A DNA stretch of 64,000 bases. Origin: Candidatus Rariloculaceae bacterium (GTDB lineage Bacteria; Pseudomonadota; Gammaproteobacteria; Steroidobacterales; Rariloculaceae). Position numbers and translations under genes: made by a program. Below, in pieces: positions 1-8,794 of this stretch (within the stretch, counting starts at the first letter, position 1; each line of letters opens with the position of its first letter). The stretch is from contig OZ241971.1 of the NCBI GenBank assembly GCA_965204155.1, positions 3,072,205 through 3,136,204 of the forward strand. The letters run 5' to 3'. Below the pieces are notes generated by a model that worked only from the letters and a program-made list of their open reading frames with translations, made no database searches and was not told the origin of the DNA.

Positions 1-544
1 GGGACGCCAGCATCGGCCCGACCCGGGCGGCGAACCGGCCGGTCGGCAACCCGGGCCAGTTGTGCATGCCGAAGACGGCATCCACCGGAAAGCGCGCGAA
101 CAATCCCTCGTCCAGCATCCGTTTCGCGCCGCCGGCGGCTTCTTCTGCGGGCTGGAAGATGAACCGCACGGCGCCTGAGAAATCGCCGTGTCCGGCCAGG
201 TAGCGCGCCGCACCCAGCAACATCGTCGTGTGGCCGTCGTGACCGCAGGCGTGCATCCGGCCGGGATGTTGCGAACGGTGGGCGAAGGTATTCGATTCTT
301 CCATGGGCAGGGCGTCCATGTCGGCGCGCAGCCCGATGGTCGGTCCCTCACCCCTGGACAGCGTGCCCACAACACCCGTATCGGCGAGACCCTGATCCAC
401 ATCGATGCCCCATCCGCGCAGGCGTTCGGCAACCAGGCCGGCGGTTCGATGTTCCCGGTAGGCCAACTCCGGATGCGCATGCAGATCGCGCCGCCAGGCG
501 ACGAGATCATCTTCGAAAGCACGGATCTCGGGGATGATTCGCAT
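1..544 (-). CDS. M20-family amidohydrolase (hippurate hydrolase / N-acyl-amino-acid amidohydrolase-like); only the 5' part is present, the C-terminus lies left of the window
   Basis: Absent from the ORF track because there is no stop in the window. My reverse-strand translation from the ATG at 544-542 reads MRIIPEIRAFEDDLVAWRRDLHAHPELAYREHRTAGLVAERLRGWGIDVD...LRADMDALPMEE...MHACGHDGHTTMLLGAARYL...FIFQPAEE, which are typical M20D motifs. There is an ATGA overlap with the stop of the upstream MFS gene. Confidence 0.8.
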   Translation of the reverse strand, partial: MRIIPEIRAFEDDLVAWRRDLHAHPELAYREHRTAGLVAERLRGWGIDVDQGLADTGVVGTLSRGEGPTIGLRADMDALPMEESNTFAHRSQHPGRMHACGHDGHTTMLLGAARYLAGHGDFSGAVRFIFQPAEEAAGGAKRMLDEGLFARFPVDAVFGMHNWPGLPTGRFAARVGPMLAS

Positions 545-1857
545 CACGTCGCTCCATCGCGCTGAGCCCGGGCGATGCCCTCCTGCTCATCCAGCGGAAT
601 CAACAGCACCAGTCCCGCTGCGAACATGATCAGCACCACCGAGACGCCCCAGCGCTGGGAACCTGTCCATTGGGTCAGCACGCCCAGCAGGAACGGTCCA
701 AGAAAGGCCGTCAGCTTGCCTGAGAATGCAAAAAAGCCGTAGAACTCGTTTTCCTTTTCCCTGGGCACGAAGCGGCCCATGAGCGAACGGCTGGCTGCCT
801 GGTTCGGTCCCAGGAAAATACCCGTGATGACACCAGCCACCCACAGCCACAGTTTGTCCGTTGCGGCGATCGCCAGCACGGTGGCCAGCGCCAGGCCGAC
901 CAGGGAGATGATGATCGTGCGCTTGCCGCCGATCCGGTCGTCCAGATGGCCCATTGCGAGCGCGCCGGCGCCAGCAGCAACGTTCAGCGCGATCCCGAAG
1001 ATCAACACTTCCTGCAGCGTGAAGCCGAACGACTCCGCGGCATAGATGCCTCCGAAGGCAATGACGGTGACCAGGCCGTTGTTGTAGAAGAAGCGCGCCA
1101 CGAGCAGGCGGACGATCTGGCGGTAACGGCGGATCTCCGTGAATGTCTCGCGCAACTGCCGCACGGCGTCGCCGACAATGCGGCCGCGCTCCGACGTGGC
1201 GGAGCGGTCTTCCGGAACCCAGAGGAGAAACGGCAGCGTGAAGAGGGCGAACCACGCCGCCGTCAGCAGATTGGTGGCACGGATGTTCTCGCCGGCTTCT
1301 GTGCTGAAGCCGAACCACGGAACCTCCGGCTGAACCAGCGCCACCAACGCCAGCAGCAGCGCCAGCAGGCCCCCGATGTAGCCCAGCGCCCAGCCGTAGC
1401 CCGAGATGCGCCCGATGCGGCCGGGCGGCGAGATGTCCGGAAGAAAGGCGTTGTAGAAGACGGTGGCAAATTCGTATCCCAGGTTGGCGATGACGACCAG
1501 TACCAGGGCGGCGGCAATCTGCCCTGGCAGGACCTGGTAGAGCCCTGCCGTGGCAATGACGCATATGAGCGAGAACGCGAGCACGAACGCCTTGCGGTAG
1601 CCGCCGCGGTCCGCCAGCGCACCGAGCAGGGGCGAGCAGATCGCCGTGATCAGTGCCGTGACGGTGATGGCCCGTGACCACAGCGCGGTGCCGGTAATGG
1701 GGTCCGGTGCAATGACCTGGGTGAAATAGGTCGCATAGACAAAGGTGATCACCAGTGTCGTGAACGGCGAGTTGGCGAAGTCGTAGAACGCCCAGGACCA
1801 GATCGCGCGCGTGCCGTACGCCGGTTTGGGCGGAGATTGGTGCGGACCGGCTGTCAT
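544..1857 (-). CDS. MFS transporter (UMF1/Atg22-like family)
   Basis: ORF 544..2022, trimmed to the internal ATG (MTAGPHQSPPKPAYGTRAIWSWAFYDFANSPFTTLVITFVYATYF...). Polytopic hydrophobic protein. ATGA overlap with the stop of the upstream dehydrogenase at 1854-1857. Confidence 0.85.
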   Translation of the reverse strand: MTAGPHQSPPKPAYGTRAIWSWAFYDFANSPFTTLVITFVYATYFTQVIAPDPITGTALWSRAITVTALITAICSPLLGALADRGGYRKAFVLAFSLICVIATAGLYQVLPGQIAAALVLVVIANLGYEFATVFYNAFLPDISPPGRIGRISGYGWALGYIGGLLALLLALVALVQPEVPWFGFSTEAGENIRATNLLTAAWFALFTLPFLLWVPEDRSATSERGRIVGDAVRQLRETFTEIRRYRQIVRLLVARFFYNNGLVTVIAFGGIYAAESFGFTLQEVLIFGIALNVAAGAGALAMGHLDDRIGGKRTIIISLVGLALATVLAIAATDKLWLWVAGVITGIFLGPNQAASRSLMGRFVPREKENEFYGFFAFSGKLTAFLGPFLLGVLTQWTGSQRWGVSVVLIMFAAGLVLLIPLDEQEGIARAQRDGAT

Positions 1858-2825
1858 ATGAGCGGCGTCTCGCCGAACCGCGCCAGCCACCGCGGCACGG
1901 CCTCGACGTTGCAGACATGCTCCGGCACCTGGCTCCGGAGCGCGGCCAGGGTTGCGTCCGTGGCCCATGGAATGGCCGGCTGGAGTGTGCCCGGATGGTT
2001 GGCGCTGATCATGTGCGGGCACAGCAGCACCTTGTCGCCCAGCGAGAGGATGCGGGCGTGTTCGCCCGGGGGTTCCTCGGGCAGCACGTCCAGCGCGGCG
2101 GCGGCGATCCGGTCCGTCTCCAGCGCGCCGGAGAGCGCGTCAATATCCACCACAGCTCCCCGGGATGTGTTGACGAGAATCGCCGATGGCTTCATGGATT
2201 CCAGTTCCCGCGCGCCGATCAAACCATGGGTTTCCTCGGTCAGGGTGACGTGCAGCGTGACGACATCGGATTCACGGAGCAGGGTTGGCAGGTCCGTCCG
2301 AACGACGCCCAGGCGCTCGAATTTTTCCTCCTCGACATAGGGATCGCAGGCCAGCATTCGAACCCGCCAGGCGGAAAGCAACTCGGCCAGCCGTGAACCG
2401 CAGCGGCCCAGGCCCACGATGCCGATTGTCAGGCCGGAATAGCCGTCTCCGCGCCGGCCGAGGTACGTGCCCATGAGGCTGTCGTCGCGCCAGCCGCCGG
2501 CCTTGACGTGGCGGTCACGCTCGCGTACCCGCTTGAGCAGCGTCAGCATGAAGCCGACGGTTCCCTCGGCAACGCCGCCCCAGTTGGCTTCGGTCGGGCA
2601 GTGGGTGACGAGGATGCCCCGGGCGGTGGCGGCGTCCAGGTCCACGTCCTCGACGCCGATGGTGTACTTGGAGACGATACGCAACTCAGGCAGACGATCG
2701 AGAAAGGCGCCGTCGATGGGCGCTCTCTTGATGGTAGCGCCCATCAGGACATCGGCGCCGCGAGCCAGTTCAAACAGGGCGTCGCGTTCGATTCCTGAGC
2801 GCCAGGTCGCCTGGCCGAGAATCAC
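1854..2825 (-). CDS. D-isomer-specific 2-hydroxyacid dehydrogenase (PGDH/GyaR-like), NAD-binding
   Basis: Contains GIVGLGRCGSRLAELL (Rossmann GxGxxG), NTSRG and ALDV..EEP motifs. The track start is a GTG at 2825. The open frame continues upstream as LKRPRVCIYIPIDASGASHQRIREAGCE with AGGAG 6 nt before a CTG at 2909, so the true N-terminus may extend to 2909. Confidence 0.85.
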   Translation of the reverse strand: MILGQATWRSGIERDALFELARGADVLMGATIKRAPIDGAFLDRLPELRIVSKYTIGVEDVDLDAATARGILVTHCPTEANWGGVAEGTVGFMLTLLKRVRERDRHVKAGGWRDDSLMGTYLGRRGDGYSGLTIGIVGLGRCGSRLAELLSAWRVRMLACDPYVEEEKFERLGVVRTDLPTLLRESDVVTLHVTLTEETHGLIGARELESMKPSAILVNTSRGAVVDIDALSGALETDRIAAAALDVLPEEPPGEHARILSLGDKVLLCPHMISANHPGTLQPAIPWATDATLAALRSQVPEHVCNVEAVPRWLARFGETPLI

Positions 2826-2929
2826 CTCGCAACCCGCCTCCCGGATGCGCTGATGGGAAGCTCCGGATGCGTCGATGGGTATGTAGATGCAAACGCGTGG
2901 ACGTTTCAGCTGCCGCTCCTGTCCACGTT

Positions 2930-3790
2930 CTAGAGTTCCCCGCCGACCTCGGTGTACAGCCCCGTGAGGAAGCGCTCCGGGTCGCCCCAGCGTTCCTCGT
3001 ACTCCGCCGTGGTTCCTGCAGCGAGCACGTCGTCCAAAACGGAGCCGTCGCGCACCAGGCGCTCGACCCGCTCGGCGACCACCAGCGTCATGTCGCGAAA
3101 CTCCGCCACGTCCTCACGGGTGGAGACGTTGCCGTGCCCGGGAATGATCAGCGTATCCGGGCCGGACATGCCGATGGCAATGCCCAGCGCTTCCAGAGTG
3201 CCCTTGAGCGTACCGCCCCTGCTCACATCGATGTAGGGGAAATTGTTGGTTCGGAACACATCCCCCAGGTGCAGCACGTTGGAGCCCCGGAAGTGGATGA
3301 AGCTGTCGCCGTCGGTATGCGCGGGCGGAACCGTAAAGACGTGCACCTCCTCGTCGTTGAGGTGAACGGTGGTCGTGTCGCTGTAGGTCAGCACCGGCAA
3401 CGCGATATCGGCCGCCATTTCCTCCACCATTCGTACGCGCACCCGATCGTTTGCGAGGATGGTAATGCCCAGTTTGCCGAGATTCTCGTTGCCGCCAACG
3501 TGGTCGCCGTGAACGTGGGTATTGATGACAAACCGGATCTCGCCGTCGTCAAGGTCGGCGATGGTGGCCAGGATGCGCTCCGTCAGCGGTGCAAACTGGT
3601 CGTCCACCATGACGATCCCGTCCTCGCCCACCGACAACCCGATATTGCCGCCGGCGCCTTCCAGATAGTACACGCCGCCGGCCACGTGGTGGATGGTCAG
3701 CGTGACCGCGTCCCAGTCGCGATCCTGCTGGGCCATGGCGCCACCGGTAACCAGCATTGCAAGATAACCGATTCCGAGCACGACTCTCAT
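2930..3790 (-). CDS. Secreted MBL-fold metallo-hydrolase
   Basis: ORF 2930..3892, trimmed to MRVVLGIGYLAMLVTGGAMAQQ (signal peptide), with AGGAGA upstream of the ATG at 3790. Contains the intact INTHVHGDHVGGN (HxHxDH) motif plus HTDGD. Confidence 0.85.
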   Translation of the reverse strand: MRVVLGIGYLAMLVTGGAMAQQDRDWDAVTLTIHHVAGGVYYLEGAGGNIGLSVGEDGIVMVDDQFAPLTERILATIADLDDGEIRFVINTHVHGDHVGGNENLGKLGITILANDRVRVRMVEEMAADIALPVLTYSDTTTVHLNDEEVHVFTVPPAHTDGDSFIHFRGSNVLHLGDVFRTNNFPYIDVSRGGTLKGTLEALGIAIGMSGPDTLIIPGHGNVSTREDVAEFRDMTLVVAERVERLVRDGSVLDDVLAAGTTAEYEERWGDPERFLTGLYTEVGGEL

Positions 3791-3956
3791 GGACTTTCTC
3801 CTTGGTTCCGGGCCGATGCGCGTCCCGCCGGGATTTGCGAACCGGGCTGCAATCAGTTTCGCTATCATAACCGGCTGGCGGCGATATCTCATCTGAGCCG
3901 GGTGCGTTGATCGGACGTCGGGGCGACACCTTTACGACAGCAAGAGGACAAGGATC

Positions 3957-5678
3957 ATGAGCAGGAAGCGCATTCAGGTGGACAGCATCGCCGAGGGCTT
4001 CCTGGAACTGCTCGAAGCGCGGGGCGTCAGGTACTTCTTCGGCGGTGGCGCCGGAACGGATTTTCCGCCGTTCATCGAGGCGTTTGCCAAGCGCGAGGCC
4101 CAGGGCCGTCGGGACGGGCTTCTCCCGATCACGGTCATCCACGAGATCACCACGATTTCCATGGCCCACGGCTATACCATGGTCACGGGCGATCCCCAGG
4201 TGGCGATGCTGCATACCATTGCCGGCACGGCAAATGCCGTGGGAGGGATTATCAACGCCGCCCGCGCCAGAATCCCCATGCTTGTCGCGGCGGGACGAAC
4301 GTCCATCACGGAGAAAGGCCGCAATACCTCCCGCGCGGCCACCATTCACTGGGCCCAGGAGTCGTTCGACCAGGCAGCCATGGTGCGCGAATTCATAAAG
4401 TGGGATTACGAGTTGCGCTGCGGCGAACAGCTCGAAACCGTGGTCGACCGGGCACTGGCCATCACCGCAAACCCGCCTTCCGGTCCAGTGTACGTGACGT
4501 TTCCCCTGGATGTGGCGGGCGAAGCGCTGCCCGAATTCGAGTTCAGCGCCGGGCCGAGGTTGACGCCATCGGCTGCCGCGCGGCCGAAGACGGCCGCGGT
4601 TGACCGCGCCGCGCAGGTTCTCGTCGGGGCCGAGAATCCGCTCATCGTGGTCTCGTCACCGGGGAGGGATCCCGATGCCGTGGCCTCGCTGGTGACGCTG
4701 GCGGAGCGGCTGGCCATCCCGGTGGTCGAATCCTGGGGCGCGTACATGAATTTTCCCCAGGACCATCCCCTTCACCAGGGATTTGAACCCGGCGCGCTGG
4801 TAGGCGGGGCCGATGTCATCCTGGCGGTCGAATCCGATACGCCGTGGTTTCCGAACCAGGCGGAACCGCCGCACGATGCCACCGTGATTCAGGTCGACGA
4901 CGATCCGCTCTACGAGCGCTATCCCATTCGCGGCTATCCCACGGATATCGGGCTGGCCGGCAACGCAGCGGGCACGCTGCGCGCACTGGAATCCCGCGTG
5001 ACAGGGATCCTGCATGACCGTACCATCATCGATGTACGGCGCAGGCGCTGGGAAGACGCGCACCGTCGTCAGCGGCAAGGGTGGCGCGATTCCGGACGTC
5101 GCGTCAGCGGCGATCGTCCGATGGACTATCGATGGATTTCACGATGCATCGGCGACGTGTTGGACGAAGATGACATCGTCGTCACCGAGATTTCGCTGGA
5201 CCCCACGCAGACGAGCTTCAGCCGGCCCGGCACGTTCTTCAGCCATCCCCACTCGGGCGTGCTGGGCTGGGCGCCCGGCGCGGCGCTGGGCGCCAAGCTG
5301 GCGCGCCCCGACCGTACCGTGATATGCGCGATCGGCGACGGCAGCCATGTTTTTGGCGTACCGACCGCCACGCATTTCATGTCAAGGGCCTGCGACTTGC
5401 CGGTGCTCTTCGTCATCTACAACAACGGCAGTTGGCAGCGCTCGCGTGAAGCCACGTTCCGCTACGCCCCGGAAGGGTGGGCGGCAAAGGCGGAATCAGT
5501 GCCCCTCTGCGAGTTGGAGCCGTCGCCCCGATTCGACCTGATCTGCGAAGCGGGGGGAGGCCATGGCGAGCTTGTCGAGGATCCTGCAGATCTGCCTGCA
5601 GCGCTGGAGCGGGCACTGCAGGTGGTCAAGGTGGAGAAACGCCAGGCGTTACTCAACGTCATCGCCAGGAAGGGATAG
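3957..5678 (+). CDS. Thiamine-diphosphate-dependent enzyme (acetolactate synthase large-subunit-like superfamily); substrate unknown
   Basis: 573 aa with a three-domain ThDP layout. The C-terminal GDGSHVFG....NNGSW is the ThDP/Mg-binding motif. GAGGA lies upstream of the ATG. Confidence 0.9.
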   Translation: MSRKRIQVDSIAEGFLELLEARGVRYFFGGGAGTDFPPFIEAFAKREAQGRRDGLLPITVIHEITTISMAHGYTMVTGDPQVAMLHTIAGTANAVGGIINAARARIPMLVAAGRTSITEKGRNTSRAATIHWAQESFDQAAMVREFIKWDYELRCGEQLETVVDRALAITANPPSGPVYVTFPLDVAGEALPEFEFSAGPRLTPSAAARPKTAAVDRAAQVLVGAENPLIVVSSPGRDPDAVASLVTLAERLAIPVVESWGAYMNFPQDHPLHQGFEPGALVGGADVILAVESDTPWFPNQAEPPHDATVIQVDDDPLYERYPIRGYPTDIGLAGNAAGTLRALESRVTGILHDRTIIDVRRRRWEDAHRRQRQGWRDSGRRVSGDRPMDYRWISRCIGDVLDEDDIVVTEISLDPTQTSFSRPGTFFSHPHSGVLGWAPGAALGAKLARPDRTVICAIGDGSHVFGVPTATHFMSRACDLPVLFVIYNNGSWQRSREATFRYAPEGWAAKAESVPLCELEPSPRFDLICEAGGGHGELVEDPADLPAALERALQVVKVEKRQALLNVIARKG

Positions 5679-5712
5679 GAGTTTTCGCAAGCGCGGCCGC
5701 TGCGAAAACTCC
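5678..5712. terminator. Long hairpin between convergent genes (possible bidirectional terminator)
   Basis: ggagttttcgc / gcgaaaactcc forms an 11-bp perfect stem, with an inner agcg/cgct stem. It sits directly after the stop at 5676-5678 and 72 nt from the stop of the convergent SulP gene. There is no clean U-tract. Confidence 0.45.
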
Positions 5713-5783
5713 CATCGCAGGATTTCAACGTATCGGGTCGGAGACGAGCCAACGGCTGCCTGTCGGTCGGTCGCAGGTCTTGA

Positions 5784-7409
5784 TCAATCGGCGCGGTCGT
5801 CGAGAAGCCTCGCGGCAATCTCGCGGGACTCGCTCAGGGTTGACACGATGCGGTCCCCGGGTACGCGCCGCAGAATGTTGAGCGTATCGAGCGTATCGCC
5901 GACGGAGCCGGAAAGGCCCATGACGATGACTTCGGTTTCGGCCTTTGTTGCCACACCGATGAGTTGCTCTATCACGATGGCGGCGCTGTCATCCAGATGC
6001 GTGGCGCCCGAGAAGTCGAAGATGACCACCTCGTGGTCGCGGATATCGACACTGATGACCGCGACCAGCTTGTGGGAAGAGGCCACCGTGAAGCTGCCCC
6101 GCAGCGCCACCAGCCCGACGCGAGCCGAAAGCGGGTCCACATTGGCCATGCGCGCATCGCCTGCGAAGAACGTCTGGTCCAGCAACGGCACCGAAACCAC
6201 ACTGTCCAGTTCCAGGCCTTCCAATTGTCGCGCATGGGCCATCCCGGCGGCGATCAGGCCAATGGCGACCGCGGTGACCAGGTCTACGAAAACCGTAAGG
6301 CTCAGGGTCATCAGCAGCACGAACAGATGATGGCGCTGGATGCGATGGATACGGCGCAGGAGGCGCCAGTCGATGACGTCCCAGCCGATCTTCATCAGGA
6401 TGCCCGCGAGCGCCGCATGCGGAATCGGCTCGACGAATCTCCCGAGTCCGAGCAGCAATGCAAGCAGGAGGATCGCCCGCAGGATGCCGGATACCTGGGT
6501 CGATCCGCCGGCGCGAATGTTGGTCACTGTTCCCATGGTGGCGCCGGCGCCGGGTAGTCCGCCGAACAGTCCCGCGACCATGTTGCCGAGGCCCTGGCCA
6601 ATCAGTTCGCGATCCGGCTTGTGGCGGGTACCCGTCAGGGAGTCTGCAATCAGAGAGGTGAGCAGGCTGTCCACCGAGCCCAGCAAGGCGAGGATGATCG
6701 CCGGATGGATTGCGCTGACCAGAAAAGCGGCAGACGGTAACTCGAACTGCAATTGCGGCAGTCCCGCCGGGATCTGCCCGATGACCGGCGCGTCGGTCAG
6801 CCACAGCATGCCCAGCAATGTGCCCGCGATCAGGCCAACGATCGGCGCAGGCACCAGCCGGGCCAGCCGCAAGGGCCAGAAGACCCCGATGGCAAGCGTT
6901 GCCAGGGCGATGACCAGAGCGCTTGTATTGATGTCGCCGAGCGCCGCCGGCAGATTCCGGAGGGCTCCCATGGGTCCCTCCGGAGAGGTGGGTGCGCCGA
7001 GGAACGGCAGCACCTGAATCAGCATTATGATGACGCCGATGCCGGACATGAACCCGGATATCACTACATGCGGCGTATACGCGACAAAGCGGCCGACCCT
7101 GAATACGCCCAGCAGCACCTGGAGCAGTCCGCCCATGACCACGATGGTCAGGGCTTCGGTCAGTGTGCTGGCGTGCGTGGTGACGATGACCGCCATGGCA
7201 ACGGTCATCGATGGGGTGGGGCCGGATATCTGGGATTTCGTTCCGCCGAATGCCGAAGCAAAGAAACCCACCGCAATGGCGCCGTACAATCCGGCAGCCG
7301 CGCCGAGGCCGGACGCGATGCCGAAGGCCAGCGCCACCGGCAGCGCCACCACGGCGGAAGTGAGTCCGCCGAAGAGATCGCCCCTGAACGTCTCGATGTC
7401 GTATTTCAC
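5784..7409 (-). CDS. SulP-family anion transporter with C-terminal STAS domain
   Basis: 541 aa. N-terminus MKYDIETFRGDLFGGLTSAVVALPVALAFGIASG is the SulP signature region. About 10-12 TM segments, followed by a soluble C-terminal STAS-like region. Confidence 0.9.
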   Translation of the reverse strand: MKYDIETFRGDLFGGLTSAVVALPVALAFGIASGLGAAAGLYGAIAVGFFASAFGGTKSQISGPTPSMTVAMAVIVTTHASTLTEALTIVVMGGLLQVLLGVFRVGRFVAYTPHVVISGFMSGIGVIIMLIQVLPFLGAPTSPEGPMGALRNLPAALGDINTSALVIALATLAIGVFWPLRLARLVPAPIVGLIAGTLLGMLWLTDAPVIGQIPAGLPQLQFELPSAAFLVSAIHPAIILALLGSVDSLLTSLIADSLTGTRHKPDRELIGQGLGNMVAGLFGGLPGAGATMGTVTNIRAGGSTQVSGILRAILLLALLLGLGRFVEPIPHAALAGILMKIGWDVIDWRLLRRIHRIQRHHLFVLLMTLSLTVFVDLVTAVAIGLIAAGMAHARQLEGLELDSVVSVPLLDQTFFAGDARMANVDPLSARVGLVALRGSFTVASSHKLVAVISVDIRDHEVVIFDFSGATHLDDSAAIVIEQLIGVATKAETEVIVMGLSGSVGDTLDTLNILRRVPGDRIVSTLSESREIAARLLDDRAD

Positions 7410-7509
7410 GTCGGGTCAATAGTAACCAACAACGGAGCGACTCGCTCGCGTACGCGGGAAGATAACGCGGCTGGCCGCGGCAGTGGCAATTCGCGGCGGT
7501 GAAACGCTG

Positions 7510-8553
7510 TTACAGGTTTCCGGCGGCGTAGAGCTGGCCGTAGTGCTCCAGGAGCGACGTGGCTTCCTCCACCAGGGCCCGGCCGTCGATACCGTCTCGG
7601 GCAACCACCGAAATCCACCGTTCGGCCACCTGACGCTGGCTCTTCTGCCGGAGCAGTTCGACTTCTTCCGGAGGAAGGTAGATGAACTCGCCGGAGGCTT
7701 CGGCGGCTTGTTCACCGGCGACTTCCATGGCCATCCAGCTCTCCCCCATCCACTTGGCGACATTCCGCCCGGAATTGGCGTCGATCACGGCCTGCAGGTC
7801 CGCCGGAAGGCTGTCGTAGGTGCCCTGGTTCATGGTGACCATGAGCACCTGGGCGTTGAATCGCGGCCAGGTCTCATCGTCGAGAAGGATATTGTAGTCG
7901 ACGAGGTCGTGGACCTTGAGGCCGAACGAGGCCTCGTACGGAATCAGGGTTGCGTCGACGATACCCCTGGAAAGCATTTCGGGGATCTTCTGAACCGTGG
8001 TGCCGATAGCCGTTGCACCCCATGACTCGACCATCCATCCGGCCACGCGCGTTGGGATCCGGTACTTCCGGCCGGCGAGTTCGGCGGTGGTGCGGATCGG
8101 TTCCTTGGAATGAATGAGCTGGCCGGCATGAACGAAGACGGAGATCAGCTTGTAGCCCTGGAACTCCTCGGGATGATTTTCGATGAAATCCTGAATGGCA
8201 AAGTTCGCCACCACCGGATGTGCGGCAAGGAAGGGAAGCTCGAAGACTTCGATTCGCGGAAACCGGCCCGGCGTATAGCCCGGCAGGGTCCAGACAATGT
8301 CGACGATCCCGTCAAAGGCCTGGTCGATCAGCGCAGGTGCCTGCCCGCCCAGGTGCATCGAAGGGTAGATGTCGATCTGCAGTCTCCCGCCGGAATCCGC
8401 TTCGACCTTTTCCACCCACGGAGCCAGCATCATTGCATGGCCGGGCGCCACGGGCGGCAACATGTGGTGTGCCTTCAGACGGACTTCCTGGGCGCAGACA
8501 GGTGTGGCGACCGAAGCAAGAGTCAATAGGATCGCAGGGAGTTTTCTAATCAT
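7510..8553 (-). CDS. TRAP-transporter substrate-binding protein (DctP family); no adjacent DctQ/DctM
   Basis: 347 aa with signal peptide MIRKLPAILLTLASVATPVCAQ. DctP-like pattern ...LKAHHMLPP....W.EKVE..SGGRL.I..YPS..LGG... Confidence 0.85.
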   Translation of the reverse strand: MIRKLPAILLTLASVATPVCAQEVRLKAHHMLPPVAPGHAMMLAPWVEKVEADSGGRLQIDIYPSMHLGGQAPALIDQAFDGIVDIVWTLPGYTPGRFPRIEVFELPFLAAHPVVANFAIQDFIENHPEEFQGYKLISVFVHAGQLIHSKEPIRTTAELAGRKYRIPTRVAGWMVESWGATAIGTTVQKIPEMLSRGIVDATLIPYEASFGLKVHDLVDYNILLDDETWPRFNAQVLMVTMNQGTYDSLPADLQAVIDANSGRNVAKWMGESWMAMEVAGEQAAEASGEFIYLPPEEVELLRQKSQRQVAERWISVVARDGIDGRALVEEATSLLEHYGQLYAAGNL

Positions 8554-8620
8554 CCGCTCATCTTAACCGATGCGAAAACCGATTGGGCTGAGTCAATCGA
8601 ATAAGGGAAATGGCAATGGG

Positions 8621-8651
8621 ACAAAAGAAAGGGGGCGCCCGTTCTGCGCCC
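8621..8651 (-). terminator. Rho-independent terminator candidate downstream of the TonB-dependent receptor
   Basis: On the minus strand: GGGGCGC-agaacgg-GCGCCCC followed by CTTTCTTTTG. A second 16-nt palindrome, gttgcgtcgacgcaac, lies at 8710-8725. Confidence 0.5.
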
Positions 8652-8794
8652 CGAATTTCCCGGCAGTGCCAAGGCGAGTCGATGTTACTCCCCGAAACTG
8701 TTGCTGTCCGTTGCGTCGACGCAACACTCTTTGCAGCGCAATCATTGTAACACCACGGGAAGAAAATTGCTGACCAACTTTTGAACGGACTGCG

